From Escherichia virus ECH1: DNA of 46,054 nucleotides. The stretch lies in sequence record MN164484.2; one strand, given 5' to 3'. Numbering within the stretch: position 1 is the stretch's first letter; each line of letters opens with the position of its first letter. The translations under genes and the position numbers were made by a program. Shown here piece after piece: positions 1 through 7,749 of the stretch. The notes under the pieces are model-generated. The model worked only from the letters and a program-made list of their open reading frames with translations, was not told the DNA's origin and ran no database searches.

Positions 1-248
1 TGAACTCTTTCTTTATATGCAAACTTGAAACAGGCGATTCTCATATGTGTGTGATGCATTCGATTGAATAAGTCAATAGGTCAGAGAAAGAAAACGGGCA
101 ATTTACGCAACTTTTTGCAAATTCATCCTCGTCACAAGGTTACTAATTACTTTACTTATCGCGTGTAGATAATCTGCAATACTTACGCATATATCGCCAA
201 ATCACGCGCTGGTTACAAATAAATCCCTTATATATAAACAACTTAGAT

Positions 249-288
249 TTATTATTATTATTATTATATATATGTAACTATTGTAACC
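249..288. repeat. AT-rich block (TTA)n-TATATATAT followed by GTAAC-N5-GTAAC; second copy at 25878-25920
   Basis: Direct reading; about 80 percent identical to the block at 25878-25920; sits in the non-coding region upstream of the first plus-strand genes. Confidence 0.6.
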
Positions 289-527
289 ATGTCATCGGGC
301 ACGTTGATTCAAAATCCTATATTGCGCGCGACTTTTATTTATATATTAGCGGAAGGTATAGCACCACATTTAGGTCGGTTACAGCTGTCTACTCGGTTAC
401 ACCCGCAGGCATACAGGTGTCAGCAAAATATTTTGTGTACATTTTGAGTATACCGCTTGTCTACGCGTACTTGAGGTACTATAGTTATCTCACACCAAAG
501 AGAGGTGTCATTAAAAGGGTTATTTAA

Positions 528-1025
528 ATGCAAAAAGTTAGTTTGGGTGAAGTTGTACGTTACATGGTCAAGAAAGCTATCAATTCTGAGAGTGGTGAGT
601 TTGTGATTCCGGTAAGCTATATAGCCGCTCAGGTTTATGGTGCTGACCCAATCGTCATTAGCAAGGAAGACATGGAAAAAGGTGGCGTGTATGACATGAC
701 AAAATTAAAGTCTTCATACGTAGCGAACACATCCAGCAGAATGCCTGAGGTCATTGAGCGAGATTTTAGAGCTAAGATATCTTTTGTTGAAGAGCTTTAT
801 GATGATTCCTATCAGGATTGCGCCAAAATCACAATGGTTAAGGGTGCGGTAAGAAAAGGTTCACGCAAGGCATCCGACCGAATGAAAGAACAAAAGATTA
901 TTGAAGGATTCAGGGAGAAATTACTATCAGTGATGCCTGACCTAAGCCACCTGGAAGGTAATGACATAATCATAGCAGTTAACGCAATCAAGGCAATGAA
1001 AGAAATTATTAAGGAGATTAAATAA
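528..1025 (+). CDS. hypothetical early protein (165 aa)
   Basis: ORF with ATG start; preceded by a TATAGTTA -10-like element at 481-488; no recognisable motif. Confidence 0.5.
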   Translation: MQKVSLGEVVRYMVKKAINSESGEFVIPVSYIAAQVYGADPIVISKEDMEKGGVYDMTKLKSSYVANTSSRMPEVIERDFRAKISFVEELYDDSYQDCAKITMVKGAVRKGSRKASDRMKEQKIIEGFREKLLSVMPDLSHLEGNDIIIAVNAIKAMKEIIKEIK

Positions 1026-1309
1026 TGATCGACTTCAACTTTGAAGTAACAAATCTGAGCCACGAAGAGATTGCTGAAATCGCAGAGAAGAATGGCAAGC
1101 CAGTTGAGTTAATCGCCGCGAATTATAACGGAATGCGCTGGGCTTTTGAGAATGGATACGATAATGACAAGCTAGCTGAAATCGCCAAGGAAAAGATTGC
1201 TAGCAAGAAGAAGATCAAGCCGTGGTACGAGAAGCACACTCGCACTGAATGGGAGGAAGCTATGGAGTTGTGGCAGTTAATGAAGAAGCTAAACAAATTG
1301 GTAAAATAG
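1025..1309 (+). CDS. hypothetical protein (94 aa)
   Basis: ORF start overlaps the upstream stop (ATGA-type coupling); stop TAG lies inside the conserved motif at 1305. Confidence 0.5.
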   Translation: MIDFNFEVTNLSHEEIAEIAEKNGKPVELIAANYNGMRWAFENGYDNDKLAEIAKEKIASKKKIKPWYEKHTRTEWEEAMELWQLMKKLNKLVK

Positions 1310-1349
1310 CACTTTTTGTTAAAACTCCATGGAGGGAGTTTGGCATAAT
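1305..1349 (+). promoter_or_regulatory. conserved promoter-like cassette (variant AATAGCACTTTTTGTTAAA plus -10-like CATAAT)
   Basis: Member of the repeated motif family; followed by RBS GAGAGGG and a small ORF at 1380. Confidence 0.45.
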
Positions 1350-1379
1350 AGCTTCATTGAAATGAGAGAGGGATTCAAA

Positions 1380-1460
1380 ATGTACTACGACGTTATCGCT
1401 GTTTGCCTGGTTGCCATTGTTGCTATTGTTGCAATTGTTAAGATTACGGAGAAGAAGTAA
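1380..1460 (+). CDS. small hydrophobic peptide (26 aa, MYYDVIAVCLVAIVAIVAIVKITEKK)
   Basis: ATG with RBS GAGAGGG upstream; predicted single TM helix; too short for confident calling. Confidence 0.3.
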   Translation: MYYDVIAVCLVAIVAIVAIVKITEKK

Positions 1461-1588
1461 TGCATACCATACAGATTAACGATTTAATTAGCGATGCCTT
1501 ACCATGGATAATCTGGTCCCTGGGATTTATGATTGTGTATATGATTGCATCCTTCGCGGATGATGCTAAAGAGGAAATTAAAGAATGA
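1460..1588 (+). CDS. small membrane protein (42 aa)
   Basis: ATG overlaps the upstream stop (TAATG); hydrophobic core WIIWSLGFMIVYMIA; stop overlaps the next start. Confidence 0.3.
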   Translation: MHTIQINDLISDALPWIIWSLGFMIVYMIASFADDAKEEIKE

Positions 1589-1815
1589 TTACTATCAACC
1601 TTTCAGATAAACAAGCTGCCGAGCTTAAAGAGGCGATGTCTATAAAGAAAATTCGATACGGTCAGTTTGAACGGGCAGGAGTTATGAGGGAGGTGATTAA
1701 ACAGATCAACAACCAGCAGTTCGACGTAATTGACTTCGAGAGCTCTCGACAATACGAGGCGCTAAGCGTTAATGCTGCGTACCTGAATAGCTGGGATAAG
1801 GCGACTAAGAAATGA
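1585..1815 (+). CDS. hypothetical protein (76 aa)
   Basis: ORF with ATG, translationally coupled to neighbours. Confidence 0.45.
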   Translation: MITINLSDKQAAELKEAMSIKKIRYGQFERAGVMREVIKQINNQQFDVIDFESSRQYEALSVNAAYLNSWDKATKK

Positions 1816-1985
1816 ATCTTGACAAAGAGGTATTAAGAGATAATTTCATAGCTCACGGAATTGATGATGAAGATTTCCTAAATTGGTTCCTTGATAAAAA
1901 AGCCGATGAGCTTGGTTTGTACTGGTTCTCAACTGGTGCGACAATGTACGAGGCATGGGTGGCAGCAATGGAGACTAATAAATGA
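1812..1985 (+). CDS. hypothetical protein (57 aa)
   Basis: ATG overlaps the upstream stop; acidic protein. Confidence 0.35.
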   Translation: MNLDKEVLRDNFIAHGIDDEDFLNWFLDKKADELGLYWFSTGATMYEAWVAAMETNK

Positions 1986-2119
1986 TTTACATCCATACGT
2001 ACTATACAGGCAAGTTTAATAGCGTTAAGCATGTTCGCGTGCACGATAGCTACGATAGCGCAAAGGAGCAATGGCTAGTTCTAGGTGGTGACATTAATTC
2101 ATATAGAATCGCTGAATAG
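1982..2119 (+). CDS. hypothetical protein (45 aa)
   Basis: ATGA overlap with the upstream ORF; stop TAG embedded in the motif at 2115. Confidence 0.3.
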   Translation: MIYIHTYYTGKFNSVKHVRVHDSYDSAKEQWLVLGGDINSYRIAE

Positions 2120-2159
2120 CACGAATTGCTAAAACTGTATTGTGGTAATTTGATATAGT
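2115..2159 (+). promoter_or_regulatory. conserved promoter-like cassette (AATAGCACGAATTGCTAAA, 20 nt, TATAGT)
   Basis: Motif 2115-2133, -10-like TATAGT 2154-2159, leader CCATCAACAACGAGATGGAG, ATG at 2191. Confidence 0.55.
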
Positions 2160-2190
2160 TACCCCATCAACAACGAGATGGAGTATAGAG

Positions 2191-2400
2191 ATGAAAGTAA
2201 AAATTATTGATGATGATTGCACTGGATTACAGGAGTTAACGCTTACAGAATGCGGCTTTCAGATTGGTGACGTGGTAGAAGTTTCCGGCAAGTACAAAGA
2301 CGGAGGCCTGTCAGTTAAGGTTATTCGTAATACTGAGTTTGTTTCAGTCGGAAATGAGATTAGCTTACAGGAAGGCGAATACGAGGTGATTGAAGAATGA
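2191..2400 (+). CDS. hypothetical protein (69 aa)
   Basis: ORF downstream of the motif promoter with RBS GGAG. Confidence 0.5.
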   Translation: MKVKIIDDDCTGLQELTLTECGFQIGDVVEVSGKYKDGGLSVKVIRNTEFVSVGNEISLQEGEYEVIEE

Positions 2401-2576
2401 AATTTCATCAGAGCAACCCAAAGCTACAGGCCAACCACCTCGACGGATATGTGACATTTATCATTGCTCAGGCTTGCGGAATGCGTGAAGACCCACAAGT
2501 TCACACCATCCACATGACTGAAGAGCAAGCTCGAGAATTGGCTTACGAAATTCTTGAGCAATTGAATCGAATTTAA
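2397..2576 (+). CDS. hypothetical protein (59 aa)
   Basis: ATGA overlap with the upstream ORF. Confidence 0.35.
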   Translation: MKFHQSNPKLQANHLDGYVTFIIAQACGMREDPQVHTIHMTEEQARELAYEILEQLNRI

Positions 2577-2625
2577 CGCGCATAGGGCGCATTTTAACGG
2601 ACTATAATTTAAGGAATGCGATTAG

Positions 2626-2763
2626 ATGGACAACTACGAATTACCAAGCCAGTGGGCCAAAAGGATGATGTATGAAGCTAAGGACGGCAACGAGTCTACG
2701 GCATACTTTGAGCTTATGAACCTATGGAAAGAGCGAGAAGATAAAAATAGCACGAATAGCTAA
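2626..2763 (+). CDS. hypothetical protein (45 aa) with C-terminus NSTNS encoded by the motif
   Basis: ATG at 2626; last five codons and stop are the motif AATAGCACGAATAGCTAA. Confidence 0.35.
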   Translation: MDNYELPSQWAKRMMYEAKDGNESTAYFELMNLWKEREDKNSTNS

Positions 2764-2790
2764 ACGCAGTCGCCACGGCTGGCATATAAT
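2746..2790 (+). promoter_or_regulatory. conserved promoter-like cassette (AATAGCACGAATAGCTAAA, 20 nt, TATAAT)
   Basis: Motif 2746-2764; canonical TATAAT at 2785-2790; ATG at 2824. Confidence 0.5.
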
Positions 2791-2823
2791 TACTTTATCA
2801 ACACAACGAAGAGAGATATAAGA

Positions 2824-2970
2824 ATGAAAAATGTATTTGGCATCAGCTATGAAGAAGAGTTTGTTGATTGTCTCATTTACCTGAATGAGATCTACGGAGA
2901 TGAGTTTGAATGTGATGGTGATTCACTTCATGCAAAAATAGAACTTGAAACATTTGGGGAGGTTGTTTAA
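2824..2970 (+). CDS. hypothetical protein (48 aa)
   Basis: ORF after the motif promoter; stop overlaps the next ATG. Confidence 0.35.
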   Translation: MKNVFGISYEEEFVDCLIYLNEIYGDEFECDGDSLHAKIELETFGEVV

Positions 2971-3212
2971 TGATGTTTGGATTATCAGAAGCACACTTCA
3001 ACGCAGTTAAACGCCAGGCAGCAAAGTTGAACGAAGAGTACAGCAAGTTATCGCCAAAACAGCGCAAGGACGATAAGCAGGTTGCGGAATTGATTTCTAA
3101 GATGTGGGAACCAGTGTTCACAATCATTAGTCGAGATAGATTTGTCTGGACTAGTGGATATCTTAAGGGTCGCGTTGGTCATGACGAGAATGGTCAATCG
3201 TTGTACGAATAG
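2970..3212 (+). CDS. hypothetical protein (80 aa)
   Basis: ORF with ATG. Confidence 0.45.
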   Translation: MMFGLSEAHFNAVKRQAAKLNEEYSKLSPKQRKDDKQVAELISKMWEPVFTIISRDRFVWTSGYLKGRVGHDENGQSLYE

Positions 3213-3233
3213 ATTGGATTGTTAAAAAAGAGT

Positions 3234-3260
3234 TTGCATCACTGAGTGGAAGTATATAAT
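3234..3260 (+). promoter_or_regulatory. candidate sigma70-type promoter (TTGCAT, 15 nt, TATAAT) upstream of the tRNA
   Basis: Hexamers read directly; the short 15-nt spacer lowers confidence. Confidence 0.3.
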
Positions 3261-3486
3261 ATTAATCACGTAGACAGACGAGGCCACTAAGTGGCAACGG
3301 CGCACGGAGCGCAACTACTAAGTCCGTTGCTCATTAAGTAGCGTATGCGGCACACTTCCCAGTATGGGCTTTATCCCATTAGGGACTTGTAAGACCTAGA
3401 GCAAATAGGCAATCAAATCGGTCGTAACAGGCGACGCTGGAGCCGTAACTAGCAATCTTCATCTAGCAAGTCTAGCTAAAGATTAT

Positions 3487-3561
3487 GCTCTGTTAGCTTA
3501 ATGGAAAAAGCCGCAGCCTTCTAAGCTGTTGATGGTGGTTCGACTCCACCACGGAGCGCCA
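3487..3561 (+). tRNA. tRNA-Arg (anticodon TCT), CCA encoded
   Basis: Manual cloverleaf: acceptor GCTCTGT/ACGGAGC (one G-U), D-stem GCTT/AAGC, anticodon stem GCAGC/GCTGT, loop CTTCTAA with U33 and A37, T-arm GGTGG-TTCGACT-CCACC, discriminator G then CCA. Confidence 0.8.
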
Positions 3562-3580
3562 AATTCAAGGAGTCCTATCA

Positions 3581-3763
3581 ATGTGGGATGTTAAGTTATC
3601 TATCAGATTAATGGGTCGCAGTTGCAAGAATTGCACTCAAGAGTACATCGCGTCAGTTGCCGCAATCAGCGCTGAGGATGCGGTAGCGAAAGTAAAGGAT
3701 ATGTCGGGCGCTGACCCTGACATCCATAAATTCCTAGTAGCTTACGTTCGTGAGCGAAAGTAA
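3581..3763 (+). CDS. hypothetical protein (60 aa)
   Basis: ORF with RBS AAGGAG upstream. Confidence 0.4.
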   Translation: MWDVKLSIRLMGRSCKNCTQEYIASVAAISAEDAVAKVKDMSGADPDIHKFLVAYVRERK

Positions 3764-3810
3764 AAAGTGTTATACCCTCGTTTAATTTTCATCTCTCTCT
3801 CGTTGTTTTA

Positions 3811-3833
3811 GCCCTCGCTTGAGGGCTTTTTTT
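3811..3833 (+). terminator. rho-independent terminator (GCCCTC-GCTT-GAGGGC plus T7)
   Basis: GC hairpin followed by a T-run. Confidence 0.7.
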
Positions 3834-3844
3834 CGTCTGTAATA

Positions 3845-3853
3845 TGCTATAAT
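3845..3853 (+). promoter_or_regulatory. candidate extended -10 promoter (TGcTATAAT) for the structural operon
   Basis: TGNTATAAT read directly, 24 nt upstream of the terminase small subunit ATG with RBS AAGGAGG. Confidence 0.4.
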
Positions 3854-3876
3854 CTAGCCTCAACAAAGGAGGATTT

Positions 3877-4383
3877 ATGAGTAAAGCAGCATTAAAGCTA
3901 GGAGGAGGAAACTTTAAGACCCTATACAACAAGAAGTACGGCGACATTGCCATGGTGGCAGTTAACCGAAAGTACACGCCGGAAGAGGTGTTTGATTTCG
4001 CAGTGAGATACTTCACTTGGGCTGAATGTGAGGCAATAAAAGCAATTGAAACCGCAGCATTCCAGGGCGTTGTTAGTGAAAACCTTATCCATAAACCGAG
4101 AGTCTTCACCTTAACTGGTCTAGCTTTGTTTATGGGCGTTAAGATCGGTAGCTTTGCTCGCTGGCGTTCAGAGCCTGGTTACTCTGATGTTATGGAGTTT
4201 ATCGATAACGTAATATATGAGCAGAAATATCAGCTTGGCGTTGTGGGCATTATCAACTCTACCATCGTTGGGAAAGAGCTGGGCATTGACAAGCCGCAGG
4301 AGATTAAGATTAGCAACAACTCCACAGCTAACGACGTTGATAGTATGAAGGAAGCGCTGGAATCCGTGATTAGTAAGCTATAA
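3877..4383 (+). CDS. terminase small subunit (putative)
   Basis: 168-aa ORF immediately upstream of the large terminase; position and size typical; not motif-verified. Confidence 0.55.
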   Translation: MSKAALKLGGGNFKTLYNKKYGDIAMVAVNRKYTPEEVFDFAVRYFTWAECEAIKAIETAAFQGVVSENLIHKPRVFTLTGLALFMGVKIGSFARWRSEPGYSDVMEFIDNVIYEQKYQLGVVGIINSTIVGKELGIDKPQEIKISNNSTANDVDSMKEALESVISKL

Positions 4384-4400
4384 CAATACGAGGGTATAAC

Positions 4401-5969
4401 ATGTCTTTAGTGTGGGAAGAAATGACCATTCAGGAAAAGATGGCCGTCAAGGCGATATCAGAGCATAGTTTTGAGGGCTTTTTAAGGTGTTGGTTTTCAA
4501 TAACACAAGGCGAGCGATACATCCCTAACTGGCATCACAAGTATCTTTGCCGAATTATCGACGAGATTATTGCCGGGGAGCGCAAGGACACTATCATCAA
4601 CATAGCGCCCGGTAGCGGTAAGACAGAGATCGCTTCAATCCATTTCCCAGCCTACTCAATGGTTAAGCTGAAGAAGGTGCGAAACCTCAATATATCTTTT
4701 GCCGACTCACTGGTAAAGCGCAACTCCAAGCGCGTGCGTGACCTTATCAAGTCACCAGAATTTCAGTCGCTTTGGCCTTGCAAGTTTGGCACGTGCAAGG
4801 ACGATGAGCTTCAGGTTCTTGATGAGAGCGGGAAGGTTAGGTTTGAGTCAATATCAAAGGCGGCGGGAGGTCAGATTACTGGCGCTCGTGGTGGCTATAT
4901 AACCGAAACATATAGCGGGGCCGTCTTATTAGATGATTTTGACAAGCCCGCAGATATGCTATCAGCAGTCTACCGAGCAAATAACCATGTAATGCTAAAA
5001 AACACAATTCGCTCCCGTCGTGCGAGTTCTGTAAAGGGAAAGGCAACGCCAATCATTTCGATACAGCAGCGATTGCACGTTAATGACTCAACCTGGTTCA
5101 TGATGGAAGGTGGGATGGGTATCGAATTCGATTTGATTAAGATACCAGCGTTGGTAACTGAGGATTACCTAGACACACTACCTGAATGGATTAAAGAACA
5201 GTTTGAAGAGGATGTCCTTAGTAGTGAATACATAGAGCGCGATGGAGTAAGGTATTACAGCTACTTCCCTAAAAAGGAGTCAGTCAATGACTTGGTTGCG
5301 ATGTGGGATAGTGACCCTTACACCTTCCTTAGTCAGTATCAACAAGAACCAGTAGCTCTAGGTGGCAACCTTATTAACGTAGATTGGTTCCAGCGCCTTA
5401 GCGACACGTTCAGACCTCCCGCTAAGTACGATTATAGATTTATAACTTGCGATACAGCTATGACTACAAAAAGTTATAGTGACTTCTCTGTCCTTCAATT
5501 GTGGGGTTATAAAGATGCTAAGATTTACCTTATTGACCAGCGCAGGGGGAAATGGGAAGCGCCCGAGTTAGAGGCAGAGTTAATCGATTTCGAGAAGAAA
5601 TCAAGGGCAACCAGTCAATCGGATGGTATCCTCCGAAAGATTATCATCGAGAAGAAAGCATCTGGAATCGGACTCATTCAATCAGCAAGTCGAGTCATGA
5701 GAACGCCAGTGGAACCTTATGTTCCTGATAATGACAAGTTAACAAGGGTGATGAGTGCGCTGCCACAGATTAAGGCTGGTAACGTAGTTCTTCCTGAGTC
5801 TGCGCCGTGGTTAAGCGGATTGCTTACTGAGATTGCGGCATTTACCGCTGACGACAGCCACAATCACGACGACCAAATTGATACCATGACAATGGCTATC
5901 AACCTGGTTCTGAACATTGCGGATGATCCTAAGGCGAGACTGATGCGCATAGCGGGAAAAATGAAATAG
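4401..5969 (+). CDS. terminase large subunit
   Basis: 522 aa; P-loop-like GSGKT near the N-terminus; C-terminal acidic nuclease-like motifs (DDFD, HNHDDQIDT); position before portal. Confidence 0.85.
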   Translation: MSLVWEEMTIQEKMAVKAISEHSFEGFLRCWFSITQGERYIPNWHHKYLCRIIDEIIAGERKDTIINIAPGSGKTEIASIHFPAYSMVKLKKVRNLNISFADSLVKRNSKRVRDLIKSPEFQSLWPCKFGTCKDDELQVLDESGKVRFESISKAAGGQITGARGGYITETYSGAVLLDDFDKPADMLSAVYRANNHVMLKNTIRSRRASSVKGKATPIISIQQRLHVNDSTWFMMEGGMGIEFDLIKIPALVTEDYLDTLPEWIKEQFEEDVLSSEYIERDGVRYYSYFPKKESVNDLVAMWDSDPYTFLSQYQQEPVALGGNLINVDWFQRLSDTFRPPAKYDYRFITCDTAMTTKSYSDFSVLQLWGYKDAKIYLIDQRRGKWEAPELEAELIDFEKKSRATSQSDGILRKIIIEKKASGIGLIQSASRVMRTPVEPYVPDNDKLTRVMSALPQIKAGNVVLPESAPWLSGLLTEIAAFTADDSHNHDDQIDTMTMAINLVLNIADDPKARLMRIAGKMK

Positions 5970-6009
5970 CACAAATTGCTAAACACTAAAGACACGGATG
6001 GCGTATAGT
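5965..6009 (+). promoter_or_regulatory. conserved promoter-like cassette (AATAGCACAAATTGCTAAA, 20 nt, TATAGT)
   Basis: Motif begins inside the terminase stop codon; TATAGT 6004-6009; leader CACACAAACGAGAGGAG; ATG at 6039. Confidence 0.55.
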
Positions 6010-6038
6010 TACTTCACACAAACGAGAGGAGAAAAAAG

Positions 6039-6370
6039 ATGAAGGCAGTATTTAAAGGTTATAAAAAAGCTGGTTGTTTGGAATTTACTATTGGTAAGAT
6101 TTATGAGCTATCAACGGCAACTGAGGCTTTCGGATTCTTAAAAGTGACTGATGACGATGGATTTAATGGAGTAATTATCCCAGGTGACACCTATGATTTC
6201 GAGGTGCTGATTCCAGATGAATTTATCAATAAAAAAAGCAATTTAAATATTACATTAATGGCGAAGTGGTTACTAAGACAAAGTTCGACGATACGCTATT
6301 GTGTGTTAAGGACTTTGAAAGAGATGGCATTGATACATCATCAATAAAGTTCGAGGTAAAATTCGAGTAA
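6039..6370 (+). CDS. moron, paralog of the 18912-19274 ORF; needs a -1 frame change at A7 run 6231-6237
   Basis: Frame 0 (6039-6347) gives the N-terminal part; the -1 frame from 6233 encodes KYYINGEVVTKTKFDDTLL...IKFEVKFE, matching the C-terminus of the 18912 ORF. Confidence 0.5.
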
Positions 6371-6391
6371 CCACAAAAGCTATGATAAACT

Positions 6392-6415
6392 AGCCCCTAC
6401 CTGGGGCTTTTTTAT
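6392..6415 (+). terminator. rho-independent terminator (AGCCCC-TACCT-GGGGCT plus T6) then ATTGGAGA RBS
   Basis: Hairpin plus T-run immediately upstream of the portal gene. Confidence 0.65.
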
Positions 6416-6427
6416 TGGAGAAATGCA

Positions 6428-7684
6428 ATGGTAAAAACAGACAGCTACGCCAACATCTTTCTTGGCGGCAGTGACGGTAGTGAGATTTACGGAAGTTTAC
6501 AGAATCAGGCGCCTACAATTCTGGCTTCGCTTTATGTGGATAATGCACTTGTGCGTCGAATTATTGACACAATCCCAGAAACAGCATTGGCGGCAGGGTT
6601 CCATATTGATGGTATTGATGACGAACCTGCGTTCTGGTCGCGCTGGGATGATCTTGAGATGACGCAGAATATCAACGATGCCTGGTCATGGGCTCGGTTG
6701 TTCGGTGGTGCGGCAATTGTCGCTATCGTTAAGGACAATAGAGCGCTAACAAGTCCAGTCAGAGAGGGTGCTGAACTTGAAACGGTTCGTGTTTACGACC
6801 GCACGCAAGTGAAAGTGCAAAATCGCGAAGAGAATCCACGTAACGCACGCTTTGGTAAGCCTCTGACGTATCGCATCACCACTAACGAAAGCGATATGTT
6901 CTACGACGTGCACTACAGTCGCATTCACATTATCGATGGCGAGCGTGTACCTAACGCAATGCGTCGGCAAAATGATGGCTGGGGCCGTAGCGTTCTATCC
7001 AGTGACATTCTTGACTCAATTAAGGATTACACAAACTGCGAGCGACTCGCCACGCAATTACTTAGACGTAAACAGCAGGCGGTATGGAAGGCGAAAGGTC
7101 TGGCTGAGTTATGTGATGATAGCGAAGGGTTTGGCGCTGCAAGATTACGACTTGCGCAGGTTGACAACAATAGCGGCGTAGGTCAGGCGATTGGTATTGA
7201 TGCCGAATCTGAAGAGTATAGCGTTCTAAACTCTGACATTGGTGGGATTGATGCGTTCCTGGACAAGAAGTTTGACAGAATCGTAGCACTGAGCGGTATC
7301 CATGAAATCATCCTCAAGAACAAGAACGTTGGTGGCTTATCATCCAGTCAGAATACGGCGCTTGAGACATTCCACAAGCTGATTGACCGTAAGCGCAACG
7401 CTGAACTACTGCCCATTCTTGAGTTCTTAATACCGTTCATCGTAAACGCAGAAGAATGGTCAGTTGAGTTTAGCCCTCTAGCCCATGAGTCAAGCAAGGA
7501 TAAAGCGGAGGTTCTGGAGAAGAGCGTAAACAGCATCGCAGCACTAATTGCAGCCGGAGCTATGGATATCAACGAGGCACGTGATACACTACGCACTATC
7601 GCACCAGAGATTAAGATTGGTGATAATGATATTCAGACCGAGTACTCGGAGTTAATTACAGAGACGGAGGTTGTAATTGCGTAA
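6428..7684 (+). CDS. portal protein (putative)
   Basis: 418 aa, immediately downstream of the terminase large subunit; size and position. Confidence 0.75.
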   Translation: MVKTDSYANIFLGGSDGSEIYGSLQNQAPTILASLYVDNALVRRIIDTIPETALAAGFHIDGIDDEPAFWSRWDDLEMTQNINDAWSWARLFGGAAIVAIVKDNRALTSPVREGAELETVRVYDRTQVKVQNREENPRNARFGKPLTYRITTNESDMFYDVHYSRIHIIDGERVPNAMRRQNDGWGRSVLSSDILDSIKDYTNCERLATQLLRRKQQAVWKAKGLAELCDDSEGFGAARLRLAQVDNNSGVGQAIGIDAESEEYSVLNSDIGGIDAFLDKKFDRIVALSGIHEIILKNKNVGGLSSSQNTALETFHKLIDRKRNAELLPILEFLIPFIVNAEEWSVEFSPLAHESSKDKAEVLEKSVNSIAALIAAGAMDINEARDTLRTIAPEIKIGDNDIQTEYSELITETEVVIA

Positions 7685-7749
7685 ATTAACTGGTTTCGGT
7701 GAGGGGTAATGAAAAATGAATTTGATGGCTTTTAGTGAGGAGAATTGTG

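Noticed and set aside
249-288. AT-rich repeats as a CRISPR array or tandem-repeat locus
   Set aside because: Only short simple repeats and two dispersed copies; no repeat-spacer periodicity
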